Of a stretch of 64,000 bases of DNA, positions 18,040-28,182 are shown in pieces. The notes under the pieces were generated by a model, which was not told where the DNA came from, did not search any database, and saw nothing but the letters and a program-made list of their open reading frames with translations. Source of the stretch: a virus (Duplodnaviria; Caudoviricetes); the IMG/VR virus record IMGVR_UViG_3300014205_000170, positions 224,001 to 288,000 of that record; one strand, 5' to 3'. The number at the start of each line of letters is the position of its first letter. The first letter of the stretch is position 1. The position numbers and the translations under genes are program-made.

Positions 18040-19338
18040 TTAACGGCTAATAATGATGTTTTTTGTCGTTTTAAACGTATTTGATACTACTTCTAATATG
18101 TAATAACCATTTTGTAAATTAGAAACATTTAAAGTGATTTTATTCATATTAGATTCAAAATTTTGTGAAAGAATTTTTCGTCCATCTAAAGAATAAACAT
18201 TAATGATAGCACTTGAATTATCATTTAAATTTTTAAATTCAATATTCAAATTATCATTTGCTGGAACCGGATAAACACTATTAATAATATCATTAAAAAG
18301 TTTATTATCTAATCCAGTACAAATACTAACAACTTGCGTAAACAAAGTTGATGCAGTACAGGTATTAGCACTTTCTCCAATAACGGTATAAGTTGTATTT
18401 GAGGTAGGACTTACTGTGTATACATTAGTGCTTGGACCGGCAATCCAAGTATATGTATTGGCACCAGAAGCAGTCAAAGTAGAAGAAAATCCTGAACATA
18501 AAACAGAGTGACTTGAAACGGCAGAAACCACTGGAACTGTATTTACAACAACAGCAATGGTGTTGGAAACAACAGAACCACAAGCATTAACAGCCGTTGC
18601 ATAATAATTACCGGAATTCATCGCAATAGACACTGTACCATTTTGAGCATTACTCCAATTAATAGCCGTATAGCTTGACGCAGCTGCATTCAAACTAACA
18701 CTTCCACATCCAATGGTAGACCCAGAAATAGCTATTGTAGGTGTTTGAATTTGAGTAATAGTAATTGTGTTAGATAGAGTAGTACCACACACATTCGTCA
18801 TTTTTAAATAAAAATTTCCTGGAGCATTCACAGCTATTGTTGAAGTGGTCTGACTATTACTCCACGAATACGTTCCTACACTACTAATGGTTGAAGTAAG
18901 TTGCACACTTGTAGAAGGACAAATAGAATTTGAACCAACAGATGAAATTGTTGAAGTTGGTATATTTAAAACATATATGGTGGTATTTGAACTATTACCA
19001 ACTGCAATTGAACTATGTTTAACAAACATATAATATGTACCATTTGGTACAGATGGTACTGTGGCCACAATAGTTCCTTGAGAGCTAATAGAGTGCCAAC
19101 TAGTTGTTAATATAGTTGGTGTTATAGGTGCAGCTGTACCTATTGTAGGTCCAAACCAAACAGCATAATTTCCATAAGGAGCCACTGTTCCTGTACCAGT
19201 AACATAAAAACTCATAGTAACTTGAGCTCCCACACAAACAGTGTTTGGCGATACAGGACTTGTGTGCATAAATGCTTGCCCATTAATAGCGCCAAAAGCG
19301 AATAAACTAAGAATTGTAATTAAAATTGACTTTTTCAT
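18040..19338 (-). CDS. secreted Ig-like repeat protein with Sec signal peptide and T9SS type A C-terminal sorting domain
   Basis: MKKSILITILSLFAFGAING/Q signal; YxWSN repeats; VYPVPA...VYSLDGRKI...LNVSNLQNGYYILEV...KNIIISR. Confidence 0.9.
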   Translation of the reverse strand: MKKSILITILSLFAFGAINGQAFMHTSPVSPNTVCVGAQVTMSFYVTGTGTVAPYGNYAVWFGPTIGTAAPITPTILTTSWHSISSQGTIVATVPSVPNGTYYMFVKHSSIAVGNSSNTTIYVLNIPTSTISSVGSNSICPSTSVQLTSTISSVGTYSWSNSQTTSTIAVNAPGNFYLKMTNVCGTTLSNTITITQIQTPTIAISGSTIGCGSVSLNAAASSYTAINWSNAQNGTVSIAMNSGNYYATAVNACGSVVSNTIAVVVNTVPVVSAVSSHSVLCSGFSSTLTASGANTYTWIAGPSTNVYTVSPTSNTTYTVIGESANTCTASTLFTQVVSICTGLDNKLFNDIINSVYPVPANDNLNIEFKNLNDNSSAIINVYSLDGRKILSQNFESNMNKITLNVSNLQNGYYILEVVSNTFKTTKNIIISR

Positions 19339-19440
19339 GTTTTTTTGTTTTAGTATATCTACTTAAACGGTGTTTTGGGCTAAAAGTTACAATAAAATTT
19401 GGATATTTCAAAATTCTTTATTGGCTATTTATGTGTAAGC

Positions 19441-20850
19441 ATGAATGGTATAGATTTTGAGAACAGAAAAGGTTCAAATTTAGGTGACCCCAAATTTGGA
19501 AAAGATGCTGTTAATTTACAGACTTTACAAAGATATGTTGCCGTAATTTCAGGGAATACAGTTTCAGCCGTTGTTTCAGGAATAACAGCTGGAAATAATA
19601 TTGCCATATCAGGAACCACTTCTGCTATTACAATCAGTTTAAACCCAACTATAACAGTTAATTCCATTAACTCCGGAATAATGTTATCTGCCGGAACCAA
19701 TCTATATAACATATTCTCTACTACTGATAATAATGACCTTACTAGAGTACGAAATGGTATTAACACTTTTACCGGTGGAACCGTAAATGGTCCATCTGTT
19801 AATATCACAGGTCTTTCAATTAACAATTTAACAGTTTCAGGAGATACATCTTTATCAGCGACAACAATTAGTTCATTATCTGCTTCTACAATATTTAGTG
19901 GAAGCACAAATCTATATTCTATATTTCAACAAATAGGAGGTGGTTCTCAAACAGCAGTACAACCAGGAACAAATATCACAACGGCTGGAACAATATCAAC
20001 TCCAATAATTTCAACAGTTGACTCTCCAGCATTTAATAATTTATCAACCTCTGGAACAAGTATTTTTAGTGGAAATAGTACAAATGAAATTTTTGTTATT
20101 AGAAATCCTGATGTTTATCCATCAGGTCAAGATAGTTTTCAAGTTTGGGATGGTACAAATGCAAAGCAAATATTTATTGATAGTTCAAATCAAATTGGTT
20201 TTACTGCTGGCACAAATGGTCCACTTTATTTTGGAACATTCGCCAATCCATCTGCTGGATTAGGTGGATTCAGTTCTCCTAATCAAGTTATAAATTGTTA
20301 TTCTGTTAACACCATAAGAATGGGTGTTGGAGGGTCTGGTTCATATTTTGCAACTACTGAACCAAAGGCACTTTTTGAAGCAAGAGGTAAAACTGACGAA
20401 ATACAATTAATTGTTCAAAAAAATAATTCACAAACTGAAAACATAATAGAAGTTAGAGATTCTTCCGAAGTTCCTCTATTGATTGTGGATGCTACGGGCA
20501 AATTAACAGCTTCCACAGCAACAATTGTAGGTCTTTCAGCAACTACACTAAGTGGTGGTACTGCTAGATTAGCGGAAAATGTTGGAACTGTTATATATTC
20601 TGCTGGAACTGATTTGTATAATATTTTTTCTGTAATCAGTAGTGGTATAAGCTCTTTTTTTTCGACACAAATTTTAAGTGCTAGTAATATAACTACAATA
20701 ACACATAATTTAGGTACGAAATTTATCACTGTTAATTTATGGAACTCTAGTGGTGATTTAACAGAAGCAACAATAAACAGAACCGGAACAACGTCAGTAA
20801 ACATAACAGTGGCAACAACTGATACATATGACATAGTTATACATGGATAA
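19441..20850 (+). CDS. tail fibre-associated protein
   Basis: Start moved to MNGIDF; NLGDP...DAVNLQTL stalk motif; three SxxTNLYxIF repeats; C-terminal ITHNLGTK. Confidence 0.7.
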   Translation: MNGIDFENRKGSNLGDPKFGKDAVNLQTLQRYVAVISGNTVSAVVSGITAGNNIAISGTTSAITISLNPTITVNSINSGIMLSAGTNLYNIFSTTDNNDLTRVRNGINTFTGGTVNGPSVNITGLSINNLTVSGDTSLSATTISSLSASTIFSGSTNLYSIFQQIGGGSQTAVQPGTNITTAGTISTPIISTVDSPAFNNLSTSGTSIFSGNSTNEIFVIRNPDVYPSGQDSFQVWDGTNAKQIFIDSSNQIGFTAGTNGPLYFGTFANPSAGLGGFSSPNQVINCYSVNTIRMGVGGSGSYFATTEPKALFEARGKTDEIQLIVQKNNSQTENIIEVRDSSEVPLLIVDATGKLTASTATIVGLSATTLSGGTARLAENVGTVIYSAGTDLYNIFSVISSGISSFFSTQILSASNITTITHNLGTKFITVNLWNSSGDLTEATINRTGTTSVNITVATTDTYDIVIHG

Positions 20851-20865
20851 ACAAATTAAAAGAAA

Positions 20866-23800
20866 ATGAAACCGTTTGAAAGTGGTATAAATATAAGACC
20901 GTTAACATCTGATACATATAGTATCTTAGCTAGAACTTCTGGAAATACGGATGCTTTTGCTGTATTTTCTAATGGGACAGTAAACATTGGTACTGCGACT
21001 ACAACTAGTCAACGCTTATTTAGAGTTGGTCAAGATACAGCTTTTGTAGATATAGGTAGTTTAATAGGCGCACCATCCAATGCTGCATTATATATGAATG
21101 CTGCAACTCCTTCTTCTATAAATTATACGATTAGAACCAATACTTCTGATACTTATTTTAATGCCCAAGGTTCAATTTCTTCTAATGCGAGAATACAAGT
21201 TAGTGGCAATGATAGAATTTTTGTTGGCGGGGCAAATCAAAATCTTAGACGTTTTGAGTTTAGTCCTGCAAATCAAACATCTAACGCAGCTTCAACAGAA
21301 CTAAATGGATGGCTATATAATAACTACACTAAATCTTATGTAGTTGGAACAATGCCTATTATAAGAGAAAATTATTGGAAGAGTACGTTAATTGATTTTA
21401 CAGCTCCTTCTGTTGTATCTAATGCTTATGCTAATTATTATGAAGCTTTAAGTGGAACTACCGCAGTAACATTTACTACAAATTACGTTGCTGGATTTAA
21501 TGGCGGAGATGGTATTAGTATTAGTGCTCAAACAGCTTCTCAAACTTCAATTCAAGCATTGGTTGGTACACCAACACAGCCTGCTTTATATTTAGGTGTT
21601 GCCAATCCATCATCAACTAACTATACATTAAATTGGGATGGAAATATAAAATTAAATTCTCAAACTTCAACGAATGGTATTATATTGCTTGCAGGTGGTT
21701 CTGCTAGATTAACTATTAGCAGTAGTGATAATAGTTCAAGTGATTCTTTTTCATTCACTCCGAGGGCAAGAACAGGTATACCAACTGGAACTAATACAAA
21801 ATTATTCAGATTAGTTACTTCAACACAAACTTGGGCAGGAGGAAATGTTGACGTTATATCTAGCGCTGTTTTTGAAGCGCCGACCATTGCTTTTGCATCT
21901 GCATCTACAGCTACCAGCGTTTATAATTTAATGGTTAATAGTACTATTGCTGGTTCTAATGCATTTATTCAAAATAATTTTGCTGCTGGATTTGTTGGCG
22001 ATGTTAGTATAACAGGAACTACTACTACAACTGGACTTTCTGTATCTGCTTTAACTGCGAATACTTTATATATAAAAGGAATAGATACTTTATCTTCTAC
22101 TACAAATACTCAAATTACAAATAGTGGTAATACAAATATTGTTAGAATTTTTAATAATGCTAATGTTCTTATTGGTACTGGCTCAACTACTAATCAACGT
22201 ATTTTAAGAGTTACTCAAAACACAGCTACTTTAGATATTGGTTCTTGGGTTGGATTAACAGCTAATCCAGCATTATATTTTAATCCCACAACTCCAGATG
22301 GTAATAATTATGGATTAGCAGGCTCAAATACAATTACCTATCTAAATGCTCCGGTATTATCTGGTAGCGTAATTATGCGTGTATTTGGTAATGACATTAT
22401 TGTTGGAACAAATACTGGACTTACATTCACACCAACAGTAACTAACACAGGTGCTGTTACCAACTTTACATTTACAAAACCTAATAACACTTTCCAAAAC
22501 ATTAGTACGCCAATTAATGGATTTTTATACAATTTAGGAACACGTTCATGGTTACAAGGAAATATTACATCCAATCAAAGTGAAGTTTATTATACACAAC
22601 CTGTTTATTCATTTGGTGGAGTAAGTACAGCAAGCAATGTTTCTACAATGGCTATTGCAGGTGCACCATCAGGTGCTTCTAACACTTCTTTACTTGCAAC
22701 TAGTGCATTCTTAATTGAAACTGGTGTTGTAGGAACAGGCGTTACGACTTCATATGGTGCGTTCATCAATGCGCAATCAGGTGCATTAACAAATATAGCA
22801 CTAGCAGTTAGTGGAGGAACATCTTTTTCTTCAAATACTTTAACAGGATTTACTGTTACTGGCCCTACTGCAATACCAGCGTTTGTTGTAGATACAAATG
22901 TTTCAAGAGTAGGTATTGGCGGTATTTATCCTGCATTTGCTTTAGATGTTATTGGAAAATCAACAACAGATGTTGTTGGAAGATTTGTTGGTGATAGTAA
23001 TAGAGGCTCAAGTTTAAGACTCACAAGAGGTGCTTCTTATGAATGGGCATTAGGATGTGGTGGTGGAACTGGAATTATTCCTGCCTCATCATTTGGTATT
23101 CACGATGTAGGTTTAGTTGCTACAAGATTTTTCATTGCTCATTCAACAGGACTTGTTGGAATAAATACAATTGGACCAATTGAAAGATTAGATGTTAATG
23201 GTAATGCTTATATACGTAGTGGAATAACTGCAACAACATTAACTATTAGTGGAAACACCATTATTAATAATTCTAATGCTACATCTGAATTGTTTTTAGT
23301 AAAAAGTGGAACAAACTTAACTATTAGAAATACTGGAGCAGGTGCAGCAATTTATACTGATACTGTAAGTCTTGGATTGGGTTCAAATAGTACGGTTATT
23401 TTTTCTTTGCAAACTAATGGTAGTACAATGCAATTTGCAGATGCAAAGGACATAGGGTTTAATGCAACTACTGGTACTAAAATTGGACTTTCCACAACAC
23501 AAAAATTTGCTTTTTGGAATAATACTCCAATAATTCAACCAGTAAGTGGAACCTCTATTAATAAAGTATTAAGTGAGACTGGTTTAATTGCTACAGGTTT
23601 AACTTCGTATTTTAGTCATCCACTTGGAGTTGGAACTTCTGCACCTAATGGACAATTACATGTAAGTGGAAATACAAGCGGTACGCTTTTTAGAATAACA
23701 AATTCTGCTGGTAATAATGGTTTTGTAATGGATAATGGTGATTTAAAATCACAATTTTATGGTGGTGGTGGAATTAGTTATCCATCAGTTTGTTCAACAG

Positions 23801-24267
23801 CATCAAATCAATTTGGAGTTGGATTTTCCAATACAGGTGTTGCATTAGTAGCAGCTTCAGTTGCAAGGTTAGTGTTAAGTGGTTCTAGTGGTATTTTATT
23901 AAATGGAAATCAAAATGTTGTTGGTGGAATAAATGTTTATTTTACTGGTAATACTGTCCTTGAAAATCTAACAGCAACAACTGCAAATTTCACTGGCCTT
24001 ACTTTAGGATACAGAGAATTAAATTCTGATTATGCGATTACAGCGAATGATTATACAATGAATATTACTGCTAATACAATTACAGTAACATTACCAACAG
24101 CAGTTGGTGCAACTGGAAGAATTTATAATGTAAAAAATATGGGCTCTGGAACTGTAACATTAAGTGGTACAAGTAGTCAAACTATAGATGAAAACACAAC
24201 ACAATCAATTATAAAACCTAATTCAATTAAAGTTCAAAGTACTGGAGCAAATTGGATAATAATATAA
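20866..24267 (+). CDS. long tail fibre protein
   Basis: S/T/G-rich; VGIGxxxPxxxLDVxG repeats; C-terminal ITVTLPTAVGATGRIYNVKN...IDE...GANWIII domain. Confidence 0.8.
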   Translation: MKPFESGINIRPLTSDTYSILARTSGNTDAFAVFSNGTVNIGTATTTSQRLFRVGQDTAFVDIGSLIGAPSNAALYMNAATPSSINYTIRTNTSDTYFNAQGSISSNARIQVSGNDRIFVGGANQNLRRFEFSPANQTSNAASTELNGWLYNNYTKSYVVGTMPIIRENYWKSTLIDFTAPSVVSNAYANYYEALSGTTAVTFTTNYVAGFNGGDGISISAQTASQTSIQALVGTPTQPALYLGVANPSSTNYTLNWDGNIKLNSQTSTNGIILLAGGSARLTISSSDNSSSDSFSFTPRARTGIPTGTNTKLFRLVTSTQTWAGGNVDVISSAVFEAPTIAFASASTATSVYNLMVNSTIAGSNAFIQNNFAAGFVGDVSITGTTTTTGLSVSALTANTLYIKGIDTLSSTTNTQITNSGNTNIVRIFNNANVLIGTGSTTNQRILRVTQNTATLDIGSWVGLTANPALYFNPTTPDGNNYGLAGSNTITYLNAPVLSGSVIMRVFGNDIIVGTNTGLTFTPTVTNTGAVTNFTFTKPNNTFQNISTPINGFLYNLGTRSWLQGNITSNQSEVYYTQPVYSFGGVSTASNVSTMAIAGAPSGASNTSLLATSAFLIETGVVGTGVTTSYGAFINAQSGALTNIALAVSGGTSFSSNTLTGFTVTGPTAIPAFVVDTNVSRVGIGGIYPAFALDVIGKSTTDVVGRFVGDSNRGSSLRLTRGASYEWALGCGGGTGIIPASSFGIHDVGLVATRFFIAHSTGLVGINTIGPIERLDVNGNAYIRSGITATTLTISGNTIINNSNATSELFLVKSGTNLTIRNTGAGAAIYTDTVSLGLGSNSTVIFSLQTNGSTMQFADAKDIGFNATTGTKIGLSTTQKFAFWNNTPIIQPVSGTSINKVLSETGLIATGLTSYFSHPLGVGTSAPNGQLHVSGNTSGTLFRITNSAGNNGFVMDNGDLKSQFYGGGGISYPSVCSTASNQFGVGFSNTGVALVAASVARLVLSGSSGILLNGNQNVVGGINVYFTGNTVLENLTATTANFTGLTLGYRELNSDYAITANDYTMNITANTITVTLPTAVGATGRIYNVKNMGSGTVTLSGTSSQTIDENTTQSIIKPNSIKVQSTGANWIII

Positions 24268-24288
24268 AATAAAAAAAAAAAAAAAGAT

Positions 24289-25257
24289 ATGAGTTATTTT
24301 GGAAATTTATACGATTCAAATTTTGAAAAAAATGTTGATATAAACCAATTCAGAGGTTTAAAAACATACGAGGTTATACGTTTAGCAGGTTCTAATCTAG
24401 CTGGCGCTAGTGGTAGTTTAGATGTTGGTACTTGGATAACTGGTGGTACCAATAATGGAGCACCATATCTTAGTGGTGGTCAAGTTACTTTCCAAACAAA
24501 TACTACTGCAAATGGAAGTGCTAGTCTAAGAAGTGCAAAAATAGCAAGATTTGTTGGTGCATCTGGAAATTTTTTTAGAGGCGCAATGAGATTTGGAGAT
24601 ACTGGAACCACTAATAACTGGAGAAAATTTGGAGCTTATGATATTGATAATGGTTTTTATTTCTTTTTATCTGGAACAACTTTTGGCGTAGGCTCTAGAA
24701 AAGGAACTATTGACACTCATGTTAATTCAGGAAGTTTTAATGGATTATATGGAAATTCATATAGTATAGACATTGGAGTGCATACTTATGAAATACATTA
24801 TTCAAATACTTTTACTTATTTTTTATTCGACAATAAATTATTACACAAATTATCTTCAAGTGGTACTACCAATATTAATACAGGACATTTATATATTACA
24901 GCTGAAAACGTGAACACAAATGGTTCTACAACAAATGTAATAATGGATGCTAGAGCTATGACAATAAATAGAGCGGGTGTTGAAAATACAAAACCCACGT
25001 TTTATAATATTGCGACAAACGAAACAAGAGTTCTCAAAACAAGTCCAGGTACATTACATGTCATCAATGTAAATAGTAAAGGTTCAGGAGGGGGTTCAAT
25101 AGCATTTTATGACGGATTAAGTGCAGCTGGCACAGCTATTTGTTCCATTGATACAACAACAGTACAAGGATACTTTGAATATCATTTAGATTTTAATTCA
25201 GGTTTAACTTATGTATCAACATCAACTCTTGGAAACGTAACTGTAATTTGGGAATAA
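24289..25257 (+). CDS. tail fibre/receptor-binding accessory protein (lectin-like beta sandwich)
   Basis: Follows fibre gene; HTYEIHY...YFLFDNKLLH resembles a concanavalin/laminin-G strand pattern. Confidence 0.55.
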   Translation: MSYFGNLYDSNFEKNVDINQFRGLKTYEVIRLAGSNLAGASGSLDVGTWITGGTNNGAPYLSGGQVTFQTNTTANGSASLRSAKIARFVGASGNFFRGAMRFGDTGTTNNWRKFGAYDIDNGFYFFLSGTTFGVGSRKGTIDTHVNSGSFNGLYGNSYSIDIGVHTYEIHYSNTFTYFLFDNKLLHKLSSSGTTNINTGHLYITAENVNTNGSTTNVIMDARAMTINRAGVENTKPTFYNIATNETRVLKTSPGTLHVINVNSKGSGGGSIAFYDGLSAAGTAICSIDTTTVQGYFEYHLDFNSGLTYVSTSTLGNVTVIWE

Positions 25258-25262
25258 TAATA

Positions 25263-26144
25263 TTACGTAGCCAATCCTTGACTTACAGAAGCAAAATCTT
25301 GATTTAAATTAATGATACTACGTTGTTCACGTATATCAATATTTCCCTCACCAAATTTCTTTTTAGTAGTATATAGATTATATTGTCTGTAAATACGATT
25401 TTGGTCATCAAAATAACTTAATATAGAAGTTTCTAAATCTCTAGTTGAATTTCCAAAAATACCAAATCCTAAAGTTTTAATTGTCATATCAGTCATTTCA
25501 ACTTCCATACATACTGGGTCAAAAAATGTATTAGACATAAGAATTTTTTGACCTTTTTGACCAATATCAACAGTTGCATTAGAAGAAATTATACTTGGTT
25601 CATCTGGAGTTAACGTTAAAAATAAATTAGTTCCGCCTGGGTCAAGTGTATATGCATTTGCACCTTGATTTATAGTATTGTTATTAGTAGAAATAGAAAC
25701 TAATTCAGATGAAGTTACTATTCTATGAAGATTTTTAATCTTAACATCATTTTTGTCAAAATACTCTATTTGATATCCAACAATACTTCCTGCTTTTTGA
25801 AATTGTGCAGAAGGTATTACTATACCTTTTTTAGAAATCTTTATACTATTATCATCACTTGATACAACATATGAACAATCTTGAATAACCGTCTCAATAG
25901 TTTTAGGTTTAATCAATATTGAATAAAATCCAATTTGATTGAATTTTTCAGCTGGTAATCTTAACTTATATATACCATCAGCACCTAATAGTTTTTTTAA
26001 ATCAGCATCAGTAATATTAGAAAATAAAGGTTGAAAAGCTACATCTCCCAATTCTTCTCTACTAGCACTAAAAGCATATAATACGTCAACTTCATCGACA
26101 CCTACACTTGAAAGGGTTTTAGTTCCAAAAATTCCTATACTCAT
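25263..26144 (-). CDS. structural protein, unknown function
   Basis: 293-aa ORF in tail module; GIYKLRLPAEKFNQIGFYSILIKP. Confidence 0.6.
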   Translation of the reverse strand: MSIGIFGTKTLSSVGVDEVDVLYAFSASREELGDVAFQPLFSNITDADLKKLLGADGIYKLRLPAEKFNQIGFYSILIKPKTIETVIQDCSYVVSSDDNSIKISKKGIVIPSAQFQKAGSIVGYQIEYFDKNDVKIKNLHRIVTSSELVSISTNNNTINQGANAYTLDPGGTNLFLTLTPDEPSIISSNATVDIGQKGQKILMSNTFFDPVCMEVEMTDMTIKTLGFGIFGNSTRDLETSILSYFDDQNRIYRQYNLYTTKKKFGEGNIDIREQRSIINLNQDFASVSQGLAT

Positions 26145-26164
26145 AATATTAAATAGTTTATATT

Positions 26165-27853
26165 TTAAAAGTTTTGTATTGGAAACGGTGCAAAAAATTG
26201 ATTTAACGTTTCCAAAATTTGTAATGTTTGAACAGAATCAGTTGCATCAAAAGTTATGGTATCATATCCTCTAACAATATATTCCGCCTTTTTTTGCTTT
26301 GATTTAGAAGGAGGACTAAACGTAACATTAAAAACAAAATCAAGTGCAGAATTAGCTGCTTTCATTACGACTACACTACCAGAAGGTCCACTTTGAGACT
26401 TGATAGCATAACCAAGTTTCAACAATAAAGCATATAAAGTGTTTTTTGTTATATCAAATGATGATTGCGATGTTCCGGAATGCTGTTTTGGAGGAGGAGG
26501 TATAGGAGGCGGTGGTGGCGGAGAAGCAACTACCAATCCCGGAATAGCTCCAGAAGTAGATGGATTTAACCAAAATTCAGATTCGCTATCATTAAAATTA
26601 AGATTAACAAAAGACTGTAAAAATATTTGAGGTGATATCTTATGATTTACCTTAACATAATCAATAGAAGTATTAACGTTAAAATCTAATGTTGCAGATT
26701 GTTCAGAAATTATTTTAAACGTTTTTTCAGAAACCGTATATAATTGTAGGGGAGCATACTGATTAAAATCTAAATTACATTGAGATAATAATTTTAAATT
26801 TATTTCTAAATTATTCATCTCCATCAATCTTTGAGATTTCAATTCAACAATAGCATTAATTGAGGTTTGACCTGAGTTAATTACAAAATTTTTAAAAACT
26901 AAATTTTGATTATTGCCATCCACTAAAGATATTTCACTTCCAATAGAAGCAGGCATGCTTTTACCAGTTCCAGAGTAAGCATTATCAATACCTGTTGGCG
27001 TTTCAGCAGATGCATCACTTCCAAAAGCTGATTCAATTAACAGTTGGAAAAATTGTCCATTTATAGGAGCTGCTTTATCAAACACAATCTCTATTGGAAT
27101 AAATTTATTCATATTATTTTTTTTAATAATATGTTTATCTTTTTTAAATTGTATTTTTAATTTAGTGTCATTAAATGGTAGTGGATATAAAGGAAAATAA
27201 TCATCAAAAGAATTAGTATTAATGATTACATTAGGATTTGATATTGTAGTTCCTTTTTTTACAGCATATCGAAATTGCTCCGCTGTTTCAGCACTTACAG
27301 TTGGTCCTAATGAATCTCTTCTGTATTTATCATAATTAGAATTATCTAATATATTTGAAGAAGTCCAAATAGGAACATTAATATAATAACTATCTCCAGT
27401 ATTATATCCAAGTACAACTGTAATTTTTTTATTACTTCTTAAAGTAGGTGTAACAAAAGTCGTATTTGTATATGTAATCGCTGTGGTTGCAGTTAATTGT
27501 AATTTTGCTGCTGATAATGTTGGTTTTGTATTTTTATTAATTATTTTATCATAATAATCATTAAATACATTTGCTAACTTTGTATTGTTATAATACAGTT
27601 CATTAAATTCAGGTTTAGAAAAATTGCTTTGTAAATAATTAAAGAACTGAACAGCTATATTTTCATTATTAGGATTATCTAAAAAATCCCTTACAGTAAA
27701 TTCATTAACCGTACCACCACCTATAGAGGATGTGTAAACTAAATAACCACTTCTAAGCTTTAGTTCACTATCATCAATTTCTGTTTGTCCAGAAAACTGT
27801 GGTATTATTCGTATTTCATTAGTTCTTAACAAATTTTTATTTATTAATATCAA
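26165..27853 (-). CDS. hypothetical structural protein with polyproline linker
   Basis: 562 aa; SPPPPPPIPPPPK separates a small C-terminal domain. Confidence 0.6.
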   Translation of the reverse strand: MILINKNLLRTNEIRIIPQFSGQTEIDDSELKLRSGYLVYTSSIGGGTVNEFTVRDFLDNPNNENIAVQFFNYLQSNFSKPEFNELYYNNTKLANVFNDYYDKIINKNTKPTLSAAKLQLTATTAITYTNTTFVTPTLRSNKKITVVLGYNTGDSYYINVPIWTSSNILDNSNYDKYRRDSLGPTVSAETAEQFRYAVKKGTTISNPNVIINTNSFDDYFPLYPLPFNDTKLKIQFKKDKHIIKKNNMNKFIPIEIVFDKAAPINGQFFQLLIESAFGSDASAETPTGIDNAYSGTGKSMPASIGSEISLVDGNNQNLVFKNFVINSGQTSINAIVELKSQRLMEMNNLEINLKLLSQCNLDFNQYAPLQLYTVSEKTFKIISEQSATLDFNVNTSIDYVKVNHKISPQIFLQSFVNLNFNDSESEFWLNPSTSGAIPGLVVASPPPPPPIPPPPKQHSGTSQSSFDITKNTLYALLLKLGYAIKSQSGPSGSVVVMKAANSALDFVFNVTFSPPSKSKQKKAEYIVRGYDTITFDATDSVQTLQILETLNQFFAPFPIQNF

Positions 27854-28154
27854 TTCTGTATAATGGAGCTTTAGTCACAATATTATGTGCTCCACTAGTA
27901 CTAGCTGAATAAGATTCTATATTCTCAAAAAAACCATAATCCACAAAATAAGGATTCACTAATTGTCTTGGCATAAAAGTTCTGAATGGGTCTAAATAAG
28001 TATAAACATAATCATCAACTAAACTTAAAGTTCTATTCAATGGAACAGTAACATACCAATCACTATGATTTTTAGTTTTATAAGTACCATCAGGTTGTAA
28101 AATACCCAAATCCCTTTTATCTAAAAACAGGCTTATTTTATATATTGGTTCCAT
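27837..28154 (-). CDS. hypothetical protein
   Basis: 105-aa ORF preceded by TATTTAT motif. Confidence 0.6.
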   Translation of the reverse strand: MEPIYKISLFLDKRDLGILQPDGTYKTKNHSDWYVTVPLNRTLSLVDDYVYTYLDPFRTFMPRQLVNPYFVDYGFFENIESYSASTSGAHNIVTKAPLYRIDINK

Positions 28155-28182
28155 TTAATGTATAAATATCAAAATCTAAATT

